Shown one piece after another: positions 25,140-35,500 of a stretch of DNA of 64,000 bases. This stretch comes from Chiloscyllium plagiosum (lineage: Eukaryota), in the NCBI RefSeq assembly GCF_004010195.1, contig NC_057713.1:77496360-77560359 (forward strand), read 5' to 3'. Positions within the stretch are counted from its first letter, which is position 1. Each line of letters opens with the position of its first letter. The notes beneath the pieces were generated by a model. The model did no database searches. It was not told the origin of the DNA and saw nothing but the letters and a program-made list of their open reading frames with translations. The position numbers and the translations under genes were made by a program.

Positions 25140-27790
25140 GATGGATGGATTCTACCTTGTTGGAGATGGGCATTGCCTGTATGATATTAATGTCACTTGC
25201 CACTAATCAGCACAATTCTGCAGATCATTCAGATCTTGCTGCATGTGAACATGGCCTGCTTCAGTATCTGAGGATGTGCAAATGATACTGAACATTTCAC
25301 AATGTCTAGTTTACATCCCTATTTCAAACTGTATAATGGAATGGAAGTCACTTATTGGAAGATAGCGGCTTGGGCACTAATTTGAGGAATTTCTATTGTG
25401 GTTTAGATATTTGACACCACTCAGCCACAGTGATCTTCTTCCATGGTGAATATGATGCCAACAAATAAACAGTTTTCCCCATATCTTCAGTGATTCCAGT
25501 TTCATTTGAGGTTCTTTATGCCGTGCTTGATCAAATGCAACTTTTTGTCATAAGAAGTTACTCTCATTTCACCTCTTGCATTCAGCTAATTTGTCCATAT
25601 TAGCCTGAAACCAAATTGAACATTGCACAGCAGTTTATTGCTATACCGTTTGTCAGCATTCTTGATGGACATCCATCACTTTACTGATGATTGAGAGTAG
25701 ATGGGTGGTAATTTGTTGGATTGCATCAGACTCGATTTTTGTGAAAGGTTTTGAGTCAGGACATACATGGGCAATTTTACACAATGCCAAGTAAGTGCTA
25801 GTGCTGTTAATGTATTAGAACAGCTTGACAAGTGTGGAACAAGTTCTGAAAGGCAAGGATTCAGCACAACAAATGACATGTTGCTTTTCCAGTATCCAGT
25901 GTCTTCAGCCACTTCTTGAAAACACATGTAATGTACTAAACAGGCTAAAGAACAGCGTTTTTGATGTTGAGATCTCAGGGGGAGGCTGAGATGAATCAGC
26001 TTCTTGGAACTTTGGGCTGAAGATGTATATAAATATTTTAGCCTCTTTTATTGATGTACTCCATCATTGAGACTAAGGATATTTGTGGAGCCTCATCCTC
26101 CTATTAGTTGTTTAATTGCTCACCAAAATTCACAATTAGATGTGGCAGTTGTTACGTTACGCCTCACAGTTAGTATGTAGTATTCCATTAATGGACATGC
26201 TCATTGTATCATCCCTGTAAAATATCATATGTTTTCTGAGTGTGCAAAATCTCAGATTCCATCTTAACTTTTGATATAGAGTCATAGAGATTTACAGCAT
26301 GGAAACAGACCCTTCGGTCCAACCCATCCATGCCAACTAGATATCCCAACCCAATCTAGTCCCACCTGCCCACACCCGGCACATATCCCTCCAAACCCTT
26401 CCTATTCATATACCCATCCAAATGCCTCTTAGATGTTGCACTTGTACCTGCCTCCACCACATCCTCTGGCAGCTCAGTCCATACATGTACCACCCTTTGT
26501 GAGAAAATGTTGCCCCTTAGGTCTCTTTTATATCTTTCTCCTCTCACCCTAAACCTATGCCCTCTAGTTCTGGACTCCCCGACCCCAGGGAAAATACGCA
26601 ATATTCCAACAGTGGCCTAACCAATGTCCTGTACAGCCGCAATATGACCTCCCAACTCCTGTGCTCAATACTCTGACCAATAAAGAAAAGTATACCAAAT
26701 TTCTTCTTCACTATCCTATCTACCTGCAACTCCACTTTCAAGACGCTATGAACCTGCACTCCAAGGTCTCTTTGTTCAGCAACACTCCCTAGGACTTTAC
26801 CATTAAGTGTGTAAGTCCTGCTTTCCCAAAATAATTGCTTTCCCAAAATGCAGCACCTCGCATTTATCTGAATTAAACTCCATCTGCCACTTCTCAGCCC
26901 ATTGGCCCATCTGGTCCAGATCCTGCTGTACTCTGAGGTAACCCTCTTTGCTCTCCACTACACCTCCAATTTTGGTGTCACCTGCAAACTTACTAACTGT
27001 ACCTCTTATGCTCCCATCCAAATCATTTATGTAAATGACAAAAAGTAGAGGACCCAGCACCGATCCTTGTGGCACTTCACTGGTCACAGGCCTCCAGTCT
27101 GAAAAACAACCCTCCACCACCACCCTCTGTCTTCTACCTTTGAGCCAGTTCTGTATCCAAACAGCTAGTTCTTCCTGTACTTCATGAGATCTAACCTTGC
27201 TAATCAGTCTCCCATGGGGAACCTTGTCAAACGCCTTACTGAAGTCCATATAGATCACATCTACTGTATATGCAAATATTTGTTACAGGCACTTTAATGC
27301 CTGAAGTTGGTTACAAAGAGTAATGCACTTTTGTGAAGGTCAATTTAAAGCACTATATGCTGAGGAAAGTGTGTTTCATGTACAAATACCCTGCTGGAAT
27401 TGAAGTTCTCATCGTGGTGGCAGTTCAGCAGAATTGAACAGCTTTAGTCTGGTTGGTTGATTGTGGGATTGCTAAGCTCTGTCTATTCCTTGCTGTTTAT
27501 TTTGTTCATACCTGTATTCCTGTGTTGTAACTTCACCAGGTTGACACCTCATTTTCAATATGGTCAATGTTGTTACTGGCATGTCCTCCCACACTCTTCA
27601 TTAAATGAAGTTTGACTACTCGATTTGATTGTCATGGACATGTGGAATTTGCTGTGAAATTATGTTATAAGTGGTGGTTGAATAAAAAATATGCCACTGT
27701 GGATGGCCCACCTTTGTTCTGAATCTATTGCATTTAGCATGATGGTAGCATACACAGCAAATTGAATGGTATCTTCAGTGTGCATAAGGG
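25140..27790 (-). mobile_element. Old CR1/L2-superfamily LINE ORF2 remnant hosting a younger HER1 insert
   Basis: Reverse similarity to the RT region (tcagtatctgaggatgtgcaaatgatactgaac); the same family continues at 27350-27790. Confidence 0.55.
26277..27268 (-). mobile_element. Relatively young HER1/CR1 LINE, 5'-truncated with an internal deletion
   Basis: 'YMDFSKAFDKVPHGRL...VPQGSVLGPLLFVIYINDLD...KFAGDTKIGG'; short-repeat 3' tail at 26277-26290. Confidence 0.95.
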
Positions 27791-27910
27791 ATAAACATTG
27801 CCAAGGAAGCCAGGGAAAAGTCCCTTCTTCTTCAAAATAATGCCATATGCTTTTTTATACTCACCTGAGCAAGCAGGTGGTTCTTTAGTTTATTGTCTCA
27901 ACTGAATCTC
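27790..27910 (-). mobile_element. Deu-domain SINE fragment
   Basis: gggataaacattgccaagga...cttcttcaaaataatgccat...tcacctgag is the reverse of the Deu core. Confidence 0.6.
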
Positions 27911-29290
27911 AGCTGGTAGAATAGGTTATAGTGACTTAAATCTGCCAGTACTGCATCATCAGTAGCTAGTTATCAGTCTCATGTTGATATGTGCATTCTA
28001 ATATACCGATAGATCTCCGTAGAATAGAGTTACAGTCAAACTGTAGATAATGTTGTCTAACGATCTTGAACTGAAGTGGTTTATACAGGTTTAATTTTTG
28101 CAACTGCTGTTATCATTAACACATTCTACTGGGATTAAGGTTTCTTTCAACCATCTGGAATTGAAATTAATGGTTGGGAATGCAGCTTTTACAGTTCCAT
28201 TATTTGGCATGAATATTTGATCTAGTTGATCACTTCTACAAATACCTGCTGCAATGTTTTATATGGCCATGGTTTGATGTCTTATCCATTTAGAGTATCT
28301 TCAGTTTCACAGTATATAATATATGGTCTCGACCATAAGGCGTCTAATCTGTGTTTGTTTTCAGCTTTTGATCTCAAAGTCTGATATTCTGGCTTCCGAT
28401 CCTCATGGTGCAGTGCAAACTGTATAGAAGGCAGATCATTATTTCAATGCCACTTGATAAATTAACCTGTGGTGGAATGAAATAACTGCTTTGCTGTTAT
28501 CTGCAAGTCATTGCAGGTCATGGCAAGCAAAGCAGAAAACCACTGAGTTTATTTTTAAAACTCCATTATAAAGTTCATTCTGAAATGGTTAATATGCCGA
28601 AATATTGAAATCAAAACATTGCTTTGTGTTATTGTTTCAAAAGAGTTACATTGAAATTCTGAAATATGTAACAATTTCAGGCCATCAGAAAAATAACAGC
28701 ATATTAGTTCAATCCATATATAAAATACCCTCAATGTTAACTTAAGCCATGAATGGAGAATCCATAGAATAGGACATGAGCTTGGCCAAGTTAAAAAAAA
28801 GTCTACAATGCTTTTGCAATGAATATGGGCCATCTTAACTCCAAGCAGACTATGGGGCACGTTTTTGAGGAGAGAGATTTTAAAAAGACATATGAGGCAA
28901 TGTTTTTACACAGATGGTGATTCTCATGTGGAATGAACTTCCTGAGGAGGTGGTGGATGCAGATACAAAAAGCTAGTCAACTAGTGTACATATCACCATA
29001 TAAATCTGCTATATGTATCCGATCTGATCTACATGACTTCTGATCCACAGAAATGTGGCTGACTCTTCAGCCCTCTAAGATGGCCCAGCAAGCCATTCTG
29101 TTCAATGGCAATTAGAGATGGGTAACAAATGTTGAAATTGCTAGCAACACCCACATTGAATATAAAAGAATATCACTTTCAGCAATTATTTTCCCTAATA
29201 ATGTTTCTGAATATAGTGATATATTACTCCTCTCTTCATCATATCCTAGAACACATCACTTTCCTATTACATACATAAACTTTTCCCAGG

Positions 29291-29413
29291 AGAAAGTGAG
29301 GACTGCAGATGCTGGAGATCAGAGCTGAAAATGTGTTGCTGGAAAAGCGCAGCAGGTCAGGCAGCATCCAAGGAACAGGAGAATCGACGTTTCGGGCATA
29401 AGCCCTTCTTCAG
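29291..29413 (-). mobile_element. Young solo PLE-terminus insert (family A) with hammerhead core and 17-bp TSD
   Basis: Perfect direct repeat cataaacttttcccagg at 29274-29290 and 29414-29430. The insert on the minus strand starts CTGAAGAAGGGCTTATGCCCGAAACGTC. Confidence 0.92.
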
Positions 29414-30489
29414 CATAAACTTTTCCCAGGCAGTCTCCCTCAATTCAATCTCGACATATTTCCTTACATTCATCACATGTGCACTCTTGTTCTCTCTGGC
29501 TTTTTCCCTACCTCCCACGACACACAGTAGATGCAAAGATTCAGTTTTCTTCAGTTTTCAGTAGCTAATCCCAATGTCAACACTATTGTTCAGCATATCA
29601 AGACTGCACATAACGTAAATTCAGGAGTAAGATGGGAAGAGGAGTCTTCATCAGCATTACCCAAATCCACTGAAGGGGATACATTAGTGCTGAGTGTCCG
29701 AGGATAACTTCAAAGAGAAGCTGATAACTACCTCAGAAAGCACTTTGCTGAGTATTAATAATCGTTAAGCTAACATGCAGCATGCTCCAAAATATAATCT
29801 CAGGTCTACCCCTGAAAGTGATCATTTCTCAATCAGTCTAATTTTTTACCATTCCACATTCTTCTGGGTTGTCCAGGATTCTGAAAAGCAAGAAGCCTTG
29901 AAAACATACAATCTTTCACTGAATGCACCATCATTTGCTTCCTCTCTCCCTAGCATCTGCTTAGTCATTGATAATTCTGTATGACCTCAGCAGTGAATAA
30001 TAGCATTTGTACTTCTCATATGCAGGCAATTCACTGCTCAGGAGAGTCCACTGGAAGGTGGATTCTGTTGCAGCTCTGATGGGGGCAGAAATTAGAATTT
30101 CACAAGGTCAGTCATGTATATACAATATGTGGTGTCTCAAAGCAGTTATGTGGGGTACTGAAAGGTCTTAATTATAGAGTTTCAGTATAGTGGCTAAAAA
30201 TATGGGATGTGCTTTGAGGATGGAGTGTACTAGACTATCTTCAGGATGTCAGGACCTGTCAGCAGCAATGAAGGTGCAACAATCTGCAGCCAAGCATTCA
30301 CAAACTCAAACACCTAGAAATGACTTGGCCACAAGCATGCCAATGGTGCTGGTACAAGCAACTGTAAGCTTTCGCCTGCTCTGCTAGGACCACTAGAAGT
30401 GAAAGAGTTAGCATATTTCTTGGTAAGAGGTTTCCTATGAGTCAATTACTTTGGTGGAAAATGAATGGAGACAGTTCCAACATTTTTCA

Positions 30490-30960
30490 ATATATCACAC
30501 TTCTGCTCAATTTCAAAATTTGCTAGCAATAAAACACTTGGGAACAATGTAAACTGTGCGGAGGACAGTGAAGAACTTCAAAGGAACATGACAAGTTGGT
30601 GGAATAGGTGGATGGATAACAGATGGGGTTCATTGTGCAGAAGTATGAAGTGATTAATTTTGGTAGAGAGAACACGGAGACTCAGAATAAAGTACAGGTA
30701 CAATTCTGAATGGTGTGAAGAAGCAGCAAGATATGAATGTACATGTGCATGGATTGCTAAAAGTACCAGGGCTGGTCGACAGACCAGTGAGTAAAGCATA
30801 CAGTATCCTAGCTTTATTGTTAGTGGCATGGATAGCAAATAGCAAAGTAATGTTAAACTTCTATAAGATATTACTTAAGCCTCAGCTGGAGTATTATTCA
30901 CTCTTTTGGAAAGACATGTTGGAGAGAGTACAGAGGTTGATGCAAATGGATCCATGTTAA
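30490..30960 (+). mobile_element. Old CR1 RT fragment
   Basis: 'ISKFASNKTLGNNVNCAEDSEELQRNM', 'YKILLKPQLEY'. Confidence 0.75.
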
Positions 30961-31596
30961 GAATAATTCTTAACATAACACTTGAAATGGTTTACACACT
31001 TTTTAAAACTTCAGCCATTCTTTCCATCTCTGGTTTTTAAAACAATTAATTCTTGTTTCGGTCCCCAGTTTTTAAAACATACAAAATGCAGTCCTTACAC
31101 TGGGTGAACAATGGCCCAACTCTGAGAAATGCTTTCCCTCTGCTTGCCTCCTGTCTCCTGTCTCTTCAAGAACTTGCCCTCCTCCATGTCACCTCTGGTC
31201 ATCCTCCCTGTCATGCTGTAGGCCATGGGGGCTGCAAAATACGAAGTATATATTCTGAGCAGAACACTTAAAGTTAGCCTCATGACCTTCAGCACATGCT
31301 ACACTGCATCATGTTGCCTTCAGCATCTTTAGATATTAGAGCTAAGCACCAAACTCCTCAATAAATGTAGGAACAACCAATAAAGAAAAACAGAAAACTG
31401 AAAATAGGTGATTTTCACATTTACACAAAGTGTCCTTACTGCATCCTTTCCATGCTAATTGCCAGTGTACCTTGCAATGCAGTGTCCTGCCAATATATTG
31501 GAGAGTATTGCCTTAATAGTTGTGAGTGGTTGGCAAATGCCAGATGCCCAATTGTTTGAACAAGCAGTAATTGAAGTTTGAGTTGCAGATGATTTG

Positions 31597-31707
31597 GAAC
31601 TGGAGAGACAGGTGAGTGGCAGAGCTGGAGAGAGAGGATGGGTGGCAGAACTGGAGACAGGGGATGGGTGGCAGAACTAGAGAGAGAGAGTGGGTGGCAG
31701 AACTGAT
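31597..31707. repeat. Minisatellite, ~26-bp unit, ~4 copies
   Basis: Units of agaactggagagagaggatgggtggc and variants. Confidence 0.8.
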
Positions 31708-31835
31708 TTGGCTTCTGCTCACAGCAAGAAATTGATTGGATCTGTGGACGAGAGATTAGTTATCAATGATTGAGATCTTTTTGCTTTGCAGCCACTATAT
31801 GATTGATTCTCAGGTGGTCAAATAGCTTGAAGTAT

Positions 31836-32180
31836 GGGGAGGTAATCACCTGGAGGTGTTATTGCTGGACAATTAATCCAGAGACCCAGGTAATATTCCC
31901 AGGGATCTGGTTCAAATCCCAGGGAAATGGTAGAATTTGAATTCAGTAAGAATTAAAAACCACCAAAGACAATAAGGCCATCATTGATTGTCTGAGAAAC
32001 CCATCTGATTCATTAATGTCCTTCAGAGAAAGAAACTGCCATCCTTATGTGGTCTATCCTACACGTGACTCCAGGCCTATGGTGATGTGATGGACTTTAA
32101 CTGCCCTCTGGAAAATTAGGGATAGGCAATAAATATTAGTCGAGCCACTGTTGCCCTCATCCTGTCGATGAATAAAACAA
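31836..32180 (+). mobile_element. tRNA-derived SINE with LINE-derived tail (MER131-like by recall)
   Basis: B box ggttcaaatccc; body aaacccatctgattcattaatgtccttcagagaaagaaactgcc; tail gggataggcaataaat. Related copies or tails at ~29020-29165, 45060-45290 and 62607-62910. Confidence 0.7.
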
Positions 32181-35009
32181 GTGCTGGGAACAATTTACAG
32201 AGAGAAAGAGAGGTGTTTAGTTTTTCCCAGTGGACCAGTGGAATGGTTCACTGATAGCAGGTGACAAACAGATTATTGGTGCAGAATGTGTCAGCACTCT
32301 TAAGGTTATGGGCAGCATCCTGCTCTCTAGCTGAAGTGTTAGTGAATTCTTCCCTTGGTCTTCTCCTATCCTTCTGGCCCAACTTCCATATGCCTGGTCA
32401 AAACTACATATGAATGCTGCTCTCTGAGAAAACTCCTCTCTTCCCTGAGTCTATTCTTGATCCCTCTGCGATCCTTTTCTAGCTTGGATTTGACTGTCCT
32501 AGCTTCCTTGGCCCCAGTGAAGTTATTCGAGCGCAGATGTGGCTCAGCCCCTGTGAAATTCCCTTAGTTCCTCCTGTCCTGAGTACCCCCATTCTCCGAG
32601 CCTGACACTTATTGTTATATCATATTTCTAGGGAAAGGTTATTTTCTCTGTTTCAATCAGTTACCTGAACCCTTCTGGTTAATGGCCAAGGGATAGCTAT
32701 TCATGATGCTGGATGATCATTATCCCCTTGTCCACCTTCATGTGAGGATTTGTTAACCATTCTTTCTAAGCTTATTTTCAAAACCAACACAATGGTAACA
32801 GACTGCATTTGGGTCAGATGAATTGTTGATGGCAGTCTTGAGCATCATGACTTCTGTGTTTTTCATAATCCTCTCCTTTGTTTTTATATGCTTGAATTTT
32901 GGAAAGTTATGCACTGCTGTAATGGCTTTTAAATGAAATCTCATGTTACACATTAAATACAAGGAAAAATCAGTTTTTGAAGGGAGTCTTCAACATCAGG
33001 AACAGTCTCTCTTTTCTCTGCAGTATGCCAAACGTTTGCAGACTTACCTCCAAACCCAGGCCTCCTTGACCAGTCCAGATCCCATCCCCAGCCTCTGGAA
33101 TTCTCTGGATGCAATCAGCCATGCAGGCACTCCAGCCACCTCCACAGCCGCAGTTGATGACGTCACCTCTGTAGAAGCCACCGTTGATGTCTCTTCCACA
33201 GCCGCCACAGAAAACACCATTCTTGCGACCACCATCTTCGCGAATACCACTGACCTTACCGCTGCTGATGACATCACTTCCACTCCCATGGGTGCTATCA
33301 ACAAGGTTAGTTCCAGCCCTACGACCACTACCGATTATGTCACTTCTGCAAGCGCCCCACCGTGACAGCCGCCGATGTCACTTTTGCTGATGCCGTCGGC
33401 CATGCTGCTTCCATGAACCCCGCCAGTCACATGACTGCTGACATCACCACCAATCCAATGCACACTCCCACTACAGAGACAGTCTCTACTCCCATTCCCA
33501 ACTACAGCTCCACACTCAGCCCCAGCCCCAAGCCCTGCTGAGTATTTATCACCCTCCCAGACCTCCCCCTCACTGAGGATGAACAAGCAGTGATCAGCAA
33601 AGGGCTCGCCTTCATTCCACTATACCCACATGTCAGTGAATTCTGTTGAAATCTTTAATGCCTCCACCTCAATGCCTATTTTTCCAATCGTGACTCCCAC
33701 CACCCTCCGAAGACTCCTTCTTCCACCTCCAACATACTCCATCTTCTTGGACACCCTGTGCTGGCCTTTTATCCTCCCTCAAACCCTTCATCTCCAACTG
33801 CCTTTGTAACATTATCTGCCTTAAAGTCTTCAGCCACTCCAGACTCTCACCTTCGCAAAACACAGTCCTACACTCCTTCGGCTCCAATTCAAGCGTCACC
33901 AACAAACTAGCTGACAAGGGAAGAGCAGTGGTTGTATGGTTCACTGACCTCTACATTAAGGAGGCCAGATGCCAACCCACTGACATCACCTACCCTCAAC
34001 CATGATCCCAACTCCCATCACCAAACCACCATCGCCAAGACCATCCACAATCCCATCAGCTCAGGGGATCTCCCAGCCACAGCTTCCAACCTCATAGTTC
34101 CCCAAACCCACAGTGCTCGGTTCTATCTCTTACCCAAAATCCACAAACCTGACTGCCCCAGTCAACCAATTGTCTCCACCTGCTACTGCCCTACCAAACT
34201 CGTCTCAGCTTATCTCAACTCTGTCCTGTCCTCCTTGGTCTAGAAACTCCCAATATATGTCCAAGACACCACCCAAGCCTTCCACCTCCTCCATGACTTC
34301 CGATTTCCTGGCCACCAACACCTCACCTTCACCATGGACATCCAATCCCCCTACACCTGCATCCTCCATAAGGAACCTCAAAGCCATAGTTTCTTGCTCT
34401 CCTACTGACCTACCCAGTCACCCTTCACCAACACTTTCAATTGGTGGAACTGGTCCTCACCCTAAACAACTTCTTCTTTCAATCCTCCCACTTCCTACAA
34501 ACCAGAAGGATGTTTATGGGTACCTGCATGGGTCCCAGCTATGCCTGTCTCTTCCACAGCTACAGCAGCACCATCCCCCACCTTGTCCTCCACCACATCA
34601 ATAATTGTATCGGTGCTGCCTCCCATGAGGAGCTGAATAGGTCATTCACTACACCAACATCTTCCACCCTGATGTCAAGTTCACCTGGACCATCTCCGAC
34701 ACCTGCCTCCCCTTCATGGACCTCTCCATCTCCACCTCTGGCAACTGACTTAACACTGACGTTTACAGGTAGACAACACTTTATCTGAAATCCTGAAATC
34801 CGAAAGGTTTCTCGTGAAGTCTTTTCTCATTAACAAGGTTGTTTGGCATGCAAACAGTTAACCAACTCCACACCCACTCAAGCATGTCACTTAGATGTGA
34901 TGTGGGTGGGCGTGGCCCAGCACTGACAGGCTTCAATTCTGTCTCAGAGTCCATAGTATTCACATTGAGTCTGCTGTTCGGTATGATTTTTAAAAATTTC
35001 ACCATCAAA

Positions 35010-35500
35010 ATGTAGCAAGTTTTGAGAAGATTTGTAGCTCAGGTTGATGTGTTGGATGTAGGTTTGCTTGCTGAGCTGGAAGGTTTATTTTCAGATGTTT
35101 CGTCACCATACTAGGTGACATCTTCAGTGAACCTCCGGACGAAGCCTGTCTTTTAGTGTTGTTTCTAATGCTGCTAAGAAATCTTTCTTGTCCACATCTT
35201 GGAAGTTGTAATTTAATCCTTACTAAGATGGCTTTTTCAGTTTTTGTTAAGGGTCGATCAGATAAGTTTATTATCCATGCTTCTGTGTTGTCAGTTTTGT
35301 TGCTTTGTGCAAGTTTGTCTAGGTTTTTTTTGCAGGTCAAGTTTTGTTCATTTTCTCTGTTTGTCTCTGTCTAATATCTATGGCTTGATGTACCATGTAC
35401 TGTGGCTTCGTCTGGAGGCTCACTGAAGATGTTACCTAGTGTGGTGATGAAACATCTGAAAAATGAACCTTCTAGCTCAGCGAGCAAACCTACATCCAGA
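35010..35500 (-). mobile_element. PLE family C: two inverted termini with hammerheads flanking an ORF N-terminal fragment
   Basis: TSD accatcaaa (35001-35009 and 35501-35509). Inverted arms at ~35050-35145 and ~35406-35500. Peptide 'WIINLSDRPLTKTEKAIL' is typical of the PLE N-terminal region. Confidence 0.88.
35089..35129 (-). ncRNA. Minimal hammerhead ribozyme motif (PLE family C)
   Basis: Minus strand CA-CUGAAGA-U-GUCACC-uaguau-GGUGAC-GAA-ACAU-C|UG: core, 6-bp helix II and short helix I. A mirror copy lies on + at ~35421-35458. Confidence 0.7.

Noticed and set aside
28340-28430. Strong acceptor tgtgtttgttttcag followed by short frames
   Set aside because: The readings examined end in stops within ~20 codons, and there is no clear donor or recognisable product.
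29331-29564. Recurrent 'MCCWKSAAGQAASKEQENRR' ORFs (also 41601-41786)
   Set aside because: Antisense translation of the non-coding PLE terminus; not a gene family.
31597-31707. CRISPR-like periodic repeat
   Set aside because: No unique spacers, no cas genes, eukaryotic context; a simple minisatellite.
32943-33365. Mucin-like Thr/Ala-rich ORF
   Set aside because: Contiguous with PLE ORF remnants; no splice or signal-peptide evidence for a host gene.
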